From Mobula hypostoma (lineage: Eukaryota): a stretch of 64,000 nt of DNA. The DNA is taken from the NCBI RefSeq assembly GCF_963921235.1, contig NC_086109.1, forward strand, positions 30,568,001 to 30,632,000, in the 5' to 3' direction. Every line of letters begins with the position of its first letter. The first letter of the stretch is position 1. The translations under genes and the position numbers were made by a program. The notes beneath the pieces were generated by a model. That model did not search any database, was not told the DNA's origin, and saw nothing but the letters and a program-made list of their open reading frames with translations. This document shows, piece by piece, positions 35,335-48,505 of this stretch.

Positions 35335-37125
35335 TTCAAAGTTCAAAGTTCAAATTTATTACCTGAGTATTATATGTCACCATATACTACCCGAAGATTA
35401 ATTTTCTTGCAGGAATTCACAGTAGGTACAAAGAAATGCAGTGGAATCAACAACAAAGTTCAAAGTCAATTTTATTATCAGGTGCATATATGTCACCACA
35501 TACAAGCCTGAGATTCATTTTCCTATAGGTATTCCCAGCAAATTTATAGAATAGTAACTATAACAGGATCAACTAGAGTACAGAAGACAACAAACTGTCA
35601 AATGCAAATCTAACTGAAGAACAATAATTAACAAGAACATGAAATAAGATAAAGAGTCCTTAAAGTGAGAGCATTGGTGGTAGGAACATTTCGATGATGG
35701 GGCAAGTCGCGTCGTTGTCCACGTTTGTTCAGGAGCCTGATTATTGTGGGTTGTAACTAGTTTTGAACCTGGTGGTGTGAATCCTGAGGCTCTCATATCC
35801 CCCACCTGATGGTAGCAGCAATAAAAGAGCATGACCTGGGTGGTAAGGATCTCTGAAAATGGATGCTGCTTTCCTATGACAGCGTTTCATGTAGATGTGC
35901 TCAATGGTTGGGAGAGCCTTATCCATGACATATTGGTCTGAATCCAGTAGCTTTTGTAGGATTTTCCATTCAAAGGCATTGGTGTTCCCATACCAGGCTG
36001 TGATACCGCCAATCAATATTCTCTCCACTACACATCTGTAGAAGTTTGTTCAAAGTTTTAGATGTCATGCTGAATCTCCACAGACTCTTAAGGAACTAGA
36101 GGCATCATCATGCATTTTTCACAATTTCACTTACGTACTAGGTCTGGGAAATAGTAATAGCCAGGAATTTAAGTTGCTAACCCTCTCCCCCTCTGATCCT
36201 CCAATGAGGACTGGCTCATGGGTCTCTGCTCTCCCTCTCTTAAAGTTTACAGTTCCTTGGTCTTAATGACTTTGAGTGATAAGTTGTCATTATGACACTT
36301 CTCAGCCAAATTTTCAATCTCCCTCCTGTATGCTGATTCATCACCATTTTTGATACAGCCCACAACAGTGGCATCATCAGCAAACTTGAATATTGTATTG
36401 GAGCTGTGTTAAGTTACACAGTCATAGGTGTAAAGTAGGTAGATTGGGGGGGCTAAGTACACATCCCCGTGGTGCACTTATGCTGATGGAGATTGTGGAG
36501 AAGATGTTTTTGATAATCTGAACTGACTGGGGTCTATACGTGAGGAAATCCTTGGTGCCATTGCACGTGGAGGTATTAAGGCCAAGGTCTTGGAGCTTAT
36601 TGATTAGTTTTGAGGGGATGATGGTACTAACTGTTGAGCTGTAATTGATAAAGAGCATCCTGATGTATGTACCTTTGCTGTCCAGATATTCCAGGGTTGT
36701 GTGAAGAGCTGATGAGATGGCATCTGCTGTGGACCTGTTGCTCCGGTAGGCAAATTGGAGCGGATCCAAGTCGCCTCTCAGGCAGAAGCTGATATGTTTC
36801 ATCACCAGCTTCTCAAAACATCTCATCATTGTGGATGTAAGTGCAACCAGGCGAAAGTCATTAAGGCAGTTCACCATGCTTTTCTTGGGCACTGGCATAA
36901 TTGATGTCTACTTGAAGCAAGTGCCAAAGCAAGAGGTTAAAGATATCAGTGAAGACCCCGCCAGTTGATCAGCACAGGTTTTCAGTACATGGCCAGGTAA
37001 CCCGTCTGGTCTGTATGTTTTCCTTGGTTTCATCCTACTGAAGGCAGCCCACACATCAGCTTTAGATACTGAGATCAAAGGATCATCAGATGTGGTGTTT
37101 CGTAATGGTTCCTTCACGTTCTGAT
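35335..37125 (-). mobile_element. Decayed Rex1/Babar LINE (RT to 3' tail)
   Basis: ORFs 36422-36898 (CLNDFRLVALTS, LDPLQFAYRSNRSTADA) and 35741-36028; TTCAAAGTTCAAAG tail. Confidence 0.9.
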
Positions 37126-37129
37126 AGTC

Positions 37130-37745
37130 AAAGCAAACTACTCATAAAGACAGGCATACAACGTGCAAAAGAAGACAAATAAACAAACAAACAAACAAAC
37201 AAATAAATAAATGAATGAATGAATGAATGAATGAATGAATAAATATTGAATAATATTGAGAACATAAGTTGTAGAGTCCTTGAACGTCTGTCCATAGGCT
37301 GTGGAATCATTTCAGAGTTGAGGTGAGTGAAGTTATCTATGCTGGATCAGGAACTTGATGGTTGAAGGATAATAACTTTCCCCAACCTGGTGATGTGGGA
37401 ACTAAGGCTCCTTCACCTCCTTCCCAATGGCAACAGTGAGATGAGAGGATGGCTTGGATGGTGGAAGTCCTTGATAATGAAAGCTGCTTTCCTGTGACAG
37501 TGATACATGTAGATGTATTCAGCAATAGGGAGGGTCATTCCTGTGATGGACTAGGTGCTATCCACTACTCTTTGTCGGCTTTTCTGTTCAAAGGCTTTGG
37601 TGTTTCGATACCGCAACATGATGCAATAAGTCACAATATCCTTCACTTTGTATCTATAGAAGTTGGTCACAGGTTTAAACGACATACAAAGCCTTTGCAA
37701 ACTTTTAAGGAAGTAGAGGAACTTCCATGCTTTCTTAAGTGCTAG
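37130..37745 (-). mobile_element. Decayed Rex1/Babar 3' fragment containing an (AAAC)n(AAAT)n(GAAT)n microsatellite at about 37176-37243
   Basis: LYFLKSLQRL.MS...TNFYR remnant; visible compound tetranucleotide repeat. Confidence 0.75.
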
Positions 37746-37751
37746 TCCCAG

Positions 37752-37940
37752 GACAGATAGACAATAGACAATAGACACTAAGTGCAGGAATAGGCCATTC
37801 AGCCCTTCGAGCCAGCACCGCCATTCACTGTGATCATGGCTGATCATCCACAATCAGTACCCTGTTCCTGCCTTATCCCCATATCCCTTAACTTCACTAT
37901 CTTTAAGAGCACTATCTAACTCTTCCTTGAAAGCGTCCAG
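37752..37940 (-). mobile_element. CR1 3' end fragment
   Basis: (GACAATA)n tail and GTGCAGGAATAGGCCATTCAGCCCTTCGAGCC, complementary to 29100-29135. Confidence 0.85.
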
Positions 37941-38650
37941 ACAAAGGAGATGGTGATGGACTTCAGGAAGACTAAGCCTTCACTGCTCCCTATTGATATT
38001 GATGCTGAAGATGTGGATGTGATGAGGACCTACAAGTACCTGGGGGTGCACCTGGATGACAAGTTTATGAGAGGTTATGAGAGGTTGTGTACAAGAAGGG
38101 CCAGAGTCATCTCTACTTCCTGAGGAGACTGAGGTCCTTTGGAGTATGCAGGCCTCTCCTTCACATATTCTACCAGTCTGTTGTCACCAGTACAATCTTC
38201 TATGCAGTGGTGTGCTGGGGCAATGGCATCAACACGGGTGATGCCAACAGGCTCAATAAACTGATTAGAAAGATTGGCTCTATTATAGGAGTCAAGCTGG
38301 AGTTACTGGAGGCTGTGGTAGAACAAAGGACCCTACAGAAAATCCTGGCAATCCTGGACAATGTTTCTCATCCTCTTCATGCCACCTTGAAGAGAGCTGA
38401 ACAGAGGAGCACTTTTAGTAATAGACTAAGACAACTGTGCTGCTCCAAAAAGCACTATATGAGGTCATTCTTACCCTCAGCCATTAAGCTCTATAATGAG
38501 TCAAGCTAGGGAAGTGATGACCCCCTCCCGTTACATAGTTTGAGGTAAATTATTTTTTCATTCTTTCTTACTTCTCTTCAAATATTTGTACTTCTGTGCA
38601 GTTGTAATGCTTCTGTGACACTGTAATTTCCTTTGGGATCAATAAAACAT
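37938..38650 (+). mobile_element. Rex1/Babar-related LINE 3' fragment (distinct subfamily)
   Basis: TKEMVMDFRK, YKYLGVHLDD, KKGQSHLYFLRRLRSFGV, RSFLPSAIKLYN; GGGATCAATAAA end. Confidence 0.85.
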
Positions 38651-39029
38651 CCATCTACCAATCTGCAGAATCTCTTGTGTTTACAACTTGAGTGAAGTGG
38701 TTATCTTCCTCCACAGGGTTATGACTCCATTCAAATGCATGGGATGTGTATTTGGACCCTTTCTCCTGCAAGACAGTGCTCAGTGTTTTGACAAAGGCCA
38801 TTCTGCAGCAGAGTGAATAGTCGTATGGGCCAACATCTGATGTGCAGCATGCCTTCAGTTTCTTTGTCTGTACACGACTTCAGTGTGGGCTCAGAAGTCT
38901 GGTATAAGCTGTATATCACTATGATATACAGAGTCGTCAGAGCCGTCTCTATTTCCTGAGGAGACTGAGGTCCTTTAACATCTGTCAGACGATGCTGAGG
39001 ATGTTCTACAAGTCTGTGGTGACCAGTTC

Positions 39030-39360
39030 CTCAGAAATGGTAAAAGCAAAGAACTTAAAGTTACTGAACCTTCTGATCCCCCAATGAGGCATGGCACGTG
39101 GACCTCTAGTTTCCTCCTTTTGTAGTCAATAATTATTGCTTTTTGCTGATGTTGGGTGAGAGGTTGTTGCTATGGCACCATTCAGCCAGATTTTCAGTCT
39201 CCTTCCTATATGCCAATTCGTCACTACCATTGATTCAGCCAGCAACAGTGGTCAGCAAATTTGAATATGGCATTGCAACTGTACATGGCTTCACAGGCAT
39301 AAGTATAAAGTGAGTAGAACAGGGACCTAATCAAGCACCCTTCTGGTGCACCTGTGCGGT
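39030..39360 (-). mobile_element. Rex1/Babar RT fragment
   Basis: TGAPEGCL...LFYSLYTY.C....NAIFKFAD in ORF 39224-39538. Confidence 0.8.
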
Positions 39361-41254
39361 GCTGTGTGTTCTTTAGGTACATGTCAGTCATAGCCAATGA
39401 ATTTAACATATTCAAAAACACAATTTTGTTGTAAAATGTGTAATTAGTAAGACTATCCTTGAGACTCTCCATTGGCTGGGGAGACAACCATAGATGTTGC
39501 ATCCCAGCTGTCAATGTGATACACAATCCAGCATGCAAGACAGGTCAGTATGATGCGAAGTATGTTGTTGCCCATGCAGCCGGCTCTTTCTCTCCACACA
39601 GCTGATGAATCCAATGGAGCAGCAGGGACTGAAGCAGTTTGACATCAATGGCATCACATTGAACTCCAGCTCTGGATCTTTCCTTAGGGTTTCTCCTGAA
39701 GTCTTCCCCATGAGTGGGTATATCCTCAAGACAGTGGGCATTTGAGATCAGAGTTTTCCTTCCTCTAAGTGAGCTGCCAACCACAACTGACAAGCCCCAT
39801 CTGCCCAAACTGACTGGTTTTAAGGCACTAGTAACCCACCTTTGCCCTTTCTGTCAGTAGAAACAGCTCACCAGGCTTAATGACTAAGCCATATATGAAG
39901 GACAGGAGCTGGACTTGGTTGTCTGAGGCTATATGAGGCACGCACCATGAAGAGCGTTTAATAGCTAGTGGAGCTTATATCCACTACATCCCCCAGCTAT
40001 AACAACCTTCAGGAACTAAGACTATCCTTATTTCACAATTATTACATAAAGCCTGTCATCATAATCCTGCCAAAAGCAATTATAACATTGATAAATTTGT
40101 AAAGTGTTTTTATGTACAATAACAAAATAGAGTCCTGACAAATTAAAACCAATTCTTCCTTGAAACTGGAACAGATATTCGATGATAAAATAGACTTAAC
40201 ACTCACTATATGCATTGGTGTAGAACATTGATGACCCACTGTGGAGTACAACAAATTTCACCATGGGAATGCCATTTGTCTAAAACAGCTGCTTGGCATT
40301 GAACAATGCAAATGAAAACTAAAATTTGATTAATCTCAAATTTTTTGCTCAATTAACTTTGAAATTTGGGAATACATTTCAGAATTTGCCCTGTTTGAGG
40401 ATTCTGTTATGGCAATTCTCCTTCAGGAGAATATATATGTCTCTGAGATTTGTTGAAAGCATAAATAGAATCTATCCTACTGAAAACATCAGATTGATAG
40501 AAAGAATATCTTTTTACCATTGTGCACTTAGTCTGCAATGATTGATCATTTGATCATTATGATGCATGTAGCTAATGTTTTTCATTGGAAGTATCTACTT
40601 TCAATGTAGCACACATCTGGGTTGTTCTCTTGCTTGCCGCCAGTCAAAGATTAATGAAGCACCTAGTAAACCAAACAAATCTCTCACAATTTGTCATATG
40701 TTGCTCACCAATCGTAAATCTACTCAACCTTTCTATAAAATTAATTGTGGTAAATGTAACAATTATTTTATTGTTAGAGGTAAAACATCATTTTGCTGAA
40801 CCATATGCTGTAGCTTAAAGATGAATGAAAATCCTAATTGATTATAATCCCAAAGCACAGTGAGTATCATTTCTGATTAATTGATCAAAAGGAACACAAA
40901 ATAATTTACAAAGCAACCAAACAGAAGTCTTTATTTATACATCACATCTACCAGATTTCTTCTATTCTACACAGCTAAAATCTTCCATAATTGGAAAAGT
41001 GAGGAAATTTGGTTAGGGGCAATGCTTGGATGGAACTTCTTCATTTGGTTCTTTAAATGAAAAAATTTGAGCACTGCATCTAATTTAAGACCCTTTGAAA
41101 CACGTTCTACATTACATGCATACGTATTCCTTTTTCAGTTTACCGGGAAAGTGAACAATGCTTTAACAAAGGGGTGCTTTTTTAATGAGAAATTTAAAGG
41201 GTGTTGATCTTAATTCATTCCAGAACTTGGGCATGGGTTGAATGGAAGGAGGTT

Positions 41255-42830
41255 ATGAAAGGTTATGAAATCTGGAATCTGCTGAGAGCTAGATCAGAGG
41301 CATTCAAATCTGGAGATCCAGAATGCTACAAGAGGTGCAGGTATGATCTACGGAAAGCCATCCTTCAGGTAATGTGGAGATTCTGGTCTAGACTGGAATC
41401 AATGAGGGATGTTTGACAGCTGTTGGAGGGTTTGACTGCCATAACTTTCTACAAAGGTAAATCTTTCAACATAGGGGACAGCTTCACTTCACTTCCAGAT
41501 GAGCTCAATGCCTTCAGTGCTCACTCTGGTCACTAGAACAGGAAGAAGCCATTGTGCACTCCCATGTCTCCCGAGGACGATGAGTGAATCTACGAAAGGC
41601 ATCTGCTCCAGATGGAGTATCTGGCTGAATACTGAATACCTGGCTGGTGCATTCACAGAATACCTTCAAACTCTCTCTCTGGCAGTGTGGGGTACACAAC
41701 TGCTTCAAGCAGGCATCGATCAATCATACCAGTGCCCACAAGAGCGTGGTAACCTTCCTAAATGACTTTCGCCCAGTGGCACCTGCATCCACAGTGATGA
41801 AGTGTCTTGAGAGGCTGGTGTTGAAGCTTATCAGTTCCTGTCTGAGTGGCAACTTTGGATCTGCTCCAATTCACCTACTGAAGCAACAATGCTATCTTGT
41901 TGACTCTTTACACAACCCTGGAACATCTGAACAGTGAAGATGCGTACATCGGGATGCTCTTTATTGACTACAGCTCACCATTTAACACCATCATACCCTC
42001 TAAACTAACCTGTAAACTCCCAAGTCCTGGGCCTCAATACCTCCTTGTGCAATTAGATCCTGGGTTTCCTCACATGTACACCCCAGTCAGTCTCAATTGA
42101 CAGAAACATCTTTTCCACAATTTCCATCAGCAAAGGAGCACTGCAGGGATGTGTACTTACCCCCTGCTCTACTTGCTTTACACCTATGACGGTGTGGCTA
42201 AGTACAGCTCCAATACCATATACAAGTTTACTGATGACCCCCTGTTGTGGACTATATCAAAGGTGGTGTTGAATCAGCATACAAGAGGGAGATTGAAAAT
42301 TTGGCTGAGTGGTGTAATAACAACAACCTCTCACTCAATGTCAATAAGACCAAAGAACTGATAGTAGACTTCAAGGGAGGGAAACCAGAGGTACATGAGC
42401 CTGTAATCATCAAAGGATCAGAGGTGGAGAGGTCAGTAATGTTAAAGGAGAGGAGATCTTCTAGGAACAGATAAAATTATGAAAGGGACAGATAAGATAG
42501 AGGTAGGAAAGTTGTTTTCATTGGTAGGAGAGACTAGAACTAGGTGACATATCCTCAAGATTCAGGGGAGTAAATTTAGGATGGAGATGAAGAGGAACAG
42601 CTTTTCTCCAAGGGTGGTGAATCTGTGGAATTCTCTGCCCGATGAAGCAATGGAGACTACTTCAGTAGGTTTATTTAAGACAAAGTTGGACAGATTTTTG
42701 CATAGTAGGAGAATTAAGGGTTATGGGATAAAGGCAGTTAAGTGGAGATGAGTCCAAGGTAAGATCAGCCATGATCTTATTGAATGGTGGTGCAGGCTCG
42801 ACGGGTTCCTATTTCTTATGTTCTTTTGTT
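41255..42830 (+). mobile_element. Decayed Rex1/Babar RT (to about 42440) joined to a CR1 3' fragment
   Basis: LNDFRPVA..VMKCLERLV, LFIDYSSPFNTIIP, LSLNVNKTKELIVDF; then GTGGTGAATCTGTGGAATTCTCTGCC and a TTCTTATGTTC tail. Confidence 0.85.
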
Positions 42831-43149
42831 CTTCTGTTTTTCTGTTCAGTGATGCCCACCGAGATTTTGATGATAAGACTCAGTTGTGGTGGTGGTTCGG
42901 AACGACAAGGGTTCATTTGCTGAAACCAAAACTGAAAATGCTTTTTAGGCCAGGCAGCATGTGTGGAAAGAGAAACAGTTAACATTTCATGTCTGCGACC
43001 CTTCTTTAGAATTGGGAAGCAGAGTGATGCAAGTTAGAACTGAGTGGAGGAAAGGGGTGGTTAGGAATGTGTAGAAGGTCAGAAGTGGGCGTTTTGTGAT
43101 TTTGATTTCCTCTATCTTCAGTGTTTTAAAAATTTTCATTTCCTGAGGA

Positions 43150-43460
43150 GCAAAAAATGAAATCAGACATTGCATAAACATCAGAGAACATATTCAAACC
43201 AGAAGCAAGTCTAGGGATTTTTTGCTGTTTTCCTGCTATGTGAAGTGTATCCATTGTTAGGTAAAGAGAGCAAAAAGATTCATAATACCCCATGAGCGAT
43301 TTCACCAAGGCTTGGTACATTAACAAGAAAATTTCCTCACTCCTATATTCAAATCCCCTTCTAATAATGGATAATGTACAACTTACTTCTTTAACTGCTT
43401 GTTAGCCTTCAGCATCTTATGTACAAGGTCACTTGAATCCCTTTGAACATCAACAGTACT
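43150..43460 (-). mobile_element. Old CR1 fragment
   Basis: LMYQALVK.L..Y...F.S.YL in ORF 43126-43326. Confidence 0.5.
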
Positions 43461-45374
43461 CAATCTTTGGCACTAACATGGAGTTTTGATTCCATGCATC
43501 AAGAGTACATAGATACTCAGCATAAATAGCGAAAGGTGCACAAGTGATCCATTCACCTGCCCTGTCAGACATCTCCTACCCCATGTGAAGAAGGTCTGTA
43601 GTTCCACATTGGCTGATTTAGTTCCACCAGTACTCAGAAAACTGGAATACAAGCCAACTTGACCCTGACAGCAATGAATATCATATTTGCCCTCCTAAGA
43701 CAGTAATGTTTGGTTCACATCCCTGGTGCCAGAAAAATAATAAAATATTTTAAAAAGAAATAAAGAATTGGGCTGAAATGAGAGTGTGAAAGAGAAAAAT
43801 AAAGGATAGAAATTAAATACTTAATTTTGAAATTTTAAATTAAAGTTAATTTTTAATCTCTGATAACATTATAGTAAAATATATTCCAAATTCAATAGCA
43901 CACTGCCAGCTGGTTTTACAAAACTGTGATCTGCAGCTGGAGTTATTTTCCTGCTTGTTTGAGGGAAATTAATTTCCTTAAGAATACATGTGATCCAAAA
44001 GCTCAAGGCAACTATGTTACTTATTTTAAAAGGTATTAACAATTTAAAAACTATTTAATTTATAATTCTTGGATTGACATTTTGGCATATTACAACAATG
44101 GTAATGATTTATTTTTGTCCCTTCAAGAATCTGAAAGTAATATAATTCTCTATTAATGCTGAGATATTCAAATCTTTCATATAATTTGTTGTGCCTTGAA
44201 ACAACAGAATTTGAATTAGTAGCATTAATTTAAAACAATTTCTTCAGTCAATTTGGCAGAAGTATCTCAAGAAGTTGCTAGCAAAATGAAACAATAAAGA
44301 GGAAACTATTGAGAAAATTAATATTGCCCACATATGCATTCTAGAGGCAAAGGCCTGCTGTAAGCAGCTGCTAATTTCCCCCTTAATATTGTTTTACAAC
44401 AAGACTGTTCTGTTTCGGTAATAATTTTGGTAATTTATGAAGAAGAATGTGGGTCCTAACACATTCAATGGTGTCATCACCATTACCACAACATGCTTAG
44501 CACATGTTTCTCTACTTCAAAAATTCCAATATCATAAACTATCAGTGCAAAACTGCAGAGTTTTTATTGAATGATTGCCTTTGGAAAATATTACTAAACT
44601 TTTATGAGGTGATTAGTCAGCTGTATGAATACATTTTGTTTGCTCACTGAGAGAGGAAGCTTGTGGAATTTTAGTACAAACATTAATTCTGGGATAACAC
44701 AAATGACTACCAACTGTTAAATTTTAATTTACATGCAAGTAGTGTCACTTTTATTTTTCATGTGGATAAATTACATCTGTGTAATGAAAGTAATGTGTCC
44801 TCATAAAATAAATTGTAGCTTGGCCCTGTGAATAAAATATATGCACCTCACTGGAGGGTGATGTCAAGGCTTGAACACCAATAGTTTGATGAGCTTAAAG
44901 TTCTGGATGGAGCAATTAGATGAGCCATCACTAAATACAAGAACTAAATATTGCAAATGTAAATGCTGCTCCTGTGAACATGTTATAATTTTGAATTTGG
45001 TTTATTATTGTCATATACACCAAGATACAGTGAAAGATTTGTCTTGCATACAGCTCATATTGTTCAAATCATTACACAGTGCATTGAGGTAGAGTAAGGT
45101 AAAACAGTAACAGAATGTAAAATGAAGCATAACAGCTGCAGAAAAACAATAAATCAAAAGGATCCTGCAAAGTATTTGATACTGAAATATGAATATTACA
45201 TTAGGTACAAAACTGTATTCATACCAGAGCTATTTTTTTTGCTACGAGTCTGATAGAAGGGGAAACATGTTACCTCACAGGTCACCCTTCTCTCATTTAT
45301 ACTTCCTCCCTATTTCAACCTACTGTCTCTCTGGAAGAAATAATTCATTTATTTTTTATCTTATTTTATGTAGC

Positions 45375-45650
45375 GATACAGTGTGGAGTAGGCCCTTCTG
45401 GCCCTTTGAGCCACCTTACCCCAGTAACCCCAGACAAACGCCTTTCACCCTAACCTTGACACGGGACAATTTATAATGACCAATTAAGTTGCCGTTACGT
45501 TTTTGGATCGTGGGAGGAAACCAGAGCACCTGGAGAAAACCCACACAATCCATGGGGAGGACGTACAGAGACTCCTTACAGAATTTAAATCTGAACTGTG
45601 GGATACCTTGAGGTGTAAACACATCGCATCAACGGCTACGTTACCATGGT
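45375..45650 (-). mobile_element. V-domain SINE with CR1-like tail
   Basis: GTGGGAGGAAACCAGAGCACCTGGAGAAAACCCAC..GGGGAGGACGTACAGAGACTCC; AGTAGGCCCTTCTGGCCC tail. Confidence 0.85.
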
Positions 45651-46465
45651 GCCCTGTGAGAGTGTTTCCAGTTAGCAGTCTTACCCCTGAAGGAAGAAGA
45701 CTTGGGGCAATGTAGGCCTCTCTACATTTTCAGAATAATTCATTTGCATTCTTGTCTTCAAAATTCCCAATTTACCAGATGACATATTTTCTATCTGTGC
45801 TGAAAGGACAGGCTGATTCTTGAAATTTTCAGTCCTTCAAATTTTTCACCAGCCTTAATCTTTCCATCCTTCTGTCATTTTTAAAGTTCAAGCACAGCAT
45901 CAGCTTATTTTGATTTACCTCAGCTTCACTTTCAGTGTTTTTCACCTTCGTATTCTTCTGTACAATGAGTCTTGGTCATCAACACCTGATTTATGAATAA
46001 ATCATCCATACAGGTAGACAATAAATAAAATAAAGAAATGTAATGATAAGTTCAAAATGAAATTGAAAATGGAGTCTCTCTTCACATCAGCAGACTGATG
46101 AGATGTGACAAGGCTGTTTTGACAGCTTGCAGCTCCGTCAGTTAAACTGACAAGCAGAACTGAAACTTTCACCATGACAGTGGCACTTCTGAGCTGTAAA
46201 ATCACTCACTCGTCCCCACACTCCTCACCTCCCCGCCCACATAAACCAATCCACTGAGATCTGGTTTTCTAATCAAACCAGTCAATTTGACAAAACTCAG
46301 GGGAAGTTCTAATATGTAGATCAACTGAGGTAACATATTCCATTGTACCAACAACTTATTTCGGATGATAATGACTGAGTATGAAAATTAATATAGCAGA
46401 TTTTTAAAAATTACTTCTGTTTGGCTCTACTTCAGCAGTTCACATAGTTAAGTTGTTTATATATA

Positions 46466-48505
46466 CAGTGGATTATGGTTAATTGGATCTCATCAGGACC
46501 AATGCATTTTGGGCCAATTAAGCAGCTGCCTTATTTAGCTGAAATAGTTAAAAAGGTATAAAAAAGACAAACTGGTATTTAACTGAGTAACAAATTATGT
46601 ATTTTAATGAAATACAGAACAAAGTAGAACACTACCAATGCTACTGATGGTTGCCCATTAGGAAACCAGTGAGGGTGAGTTTATAAAGTAGAAAGGCTCT
46701 TGCTCTGGGCAGTTCCACTCTATCGACCTCGGAAGTCCAGGTCCGGTGGGATGAGTAAATGTTCAGCTAGGGTCTTCCCTGGCTGTAGTAGATGATCACG
46801 ACTTCTTCTGTGCCATGTTATGCCCTTCGTTCTCCACATAGTGTTGCATTACTACCTTCCTGGCCATTGAACCTCCAAGTAGATCTCGTCCTTCTCATGC
46901 TAGACAGACATGTCCCTATCTCATCGAGGTATGAGACCCACCAGCTACCCTCACTTGGTTTATCTCCCCCCGTCCAAGTGGTGTTCCGGGGTGTGGCCAC
47001 TGTCTCATGCAAACAGCTACTTGGAGCCACAGATGAGAGTTAAGAGACTGGTGGGGACCAAAGGTAACATTCAGGATGATTCTTCATAGTTACTAACTTG
47101 TTGAAGTAGCAAAATTCTTCCATGTTCTCACCTGGCCGTTTCTGGCATTTCCAAGTTGGAATGCTTGAATCTGCAGTGAGCAAAACAATTCTGAATCATC
47201 TTACTGTGTATTTCTTGCCAGATATCAGGGACAAAAATCAACACACATGCAAAATTCTGGATGAACTTAGCAGGTCAGGTTCACAAACAGCTGGTGTTTC
47301 AGGCCAAGCCTGGAAAGAAAAGGGGAAGACACCAGAATAAAAAGATAGGGGGATGGTAAGAAGGATAGCTAGAAGGTGAAAGATGAAGTCAAATGATTGG
47401 AAAAAGTAAAGGACTAGAGAGGAAGGAAACTAATATGAAAGAAGAACTTTGGAGAAATGGAGGAAGGAGGAGCACCAGGTAATAGGCAGGTGAGGAAAAG
47501 ACGTAAGAGGGCAAAGTGGGGAATAGAAGAAGAGGGTAAGGGGAGGGGAAAATTACTGGAAAGTGAAATCAATGTTCATGTCATCAGGTTGGAGCCTACC
47601 TAGGTGGAATATGAGGCATTTCTTCTCCATCCTTAGAGTTGCCTTATCGTGGCACAAGAGGAGATCATAGGCCGACATGTCGGAATGGGAATAGGAATTA
47701 AAATAGCTAGCCACCAGGAAATTCCACCTTGGCGGATGAAGCAGAGGTGCTTGACAAAGCAGCCATACAATTTATGACATCTCATCAATGTAGAAGAGGC
47801 CGTATCAGAAGCACGGAATATAATAGATGACCCGAACAGGTTCACAAGTGAACCATTGCCTCACCTATTATGGGGCCATGAATGGAGGTGAATAGGCAGG
47901 TGTAGCACTTTGGCCACTTGCAGGGTTACATGCCAGGAGCGAGATTAGTAAGGAGGGACAAATAGACAAGGGAATGACAGAAATCACTGCTTTCTGAACA
48001 CAAGCACACTCAACTGATGCGATTGAAAAACAGTTGGCTAAGCATGATGTAGTGGCTAATAGCCATGCAAGTGCACACAACTGACATTAATACTCAATGA
48101 ATTCTACATGAATTAGTGAAATCATTTGATTTTCACTCCCAGCTGTTTCTGGCATCGCCAAGCATGAATACTCAAAACCACAGTGAACAAAACGGTTTTG
48201 AATTGACTTACTGATTATTTCTCACCAACTAACAGTGACAAAAATCATTGCTTTTTAAACACAAACGCACACAACTGATGCTATTTTAAAAACTGTTCAC
48301 TCTAAGCACGACATAGTGTCTAAATACCATACAGTTTCACGTGACTGATGCTAGTTAGAAAATGTTCAGTAACAGTATTCTGTCCCAATTAAGCAGCATA
48401 TTGTCCCAAATAAAAATAGGGAATTCTGACTATTTTCTCAGTTAGTTTTTGTTCTTTAAGACTGGTCCCAAATAAGTGGCTACCACAATTAACAGGAATC
48501 TGTTG
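46466..48505. mobile_element. Non-autonomous TA-targeting DNA transposon (Tigger/pogo-like) with nested insertions
   Basis: TA-CAGTGGATTATGGTTAATTG ... CAATTAACAGGAATCTGTTG-TA imperfect TIRs; subterminal CCAATTAAGCAGC repeats at both ends. Confidence 0.65.
47232..47980 (-). mobile_element. Decayed Penelope-like element 3' part (GIY-YIG region + terminus)
   Basis: Reverse complement of 2580-3400 (e.g. GTTCATGTCATCAGGTTGGAGCCTACC, CATGTCGGAATGGGAAT). Confidence 0.85.

Noticed and set aside
37176..37243. Compound microsatellite as a functional element
   Set aside because: Ordinary slippage expansion within a LINE 3' UTR.
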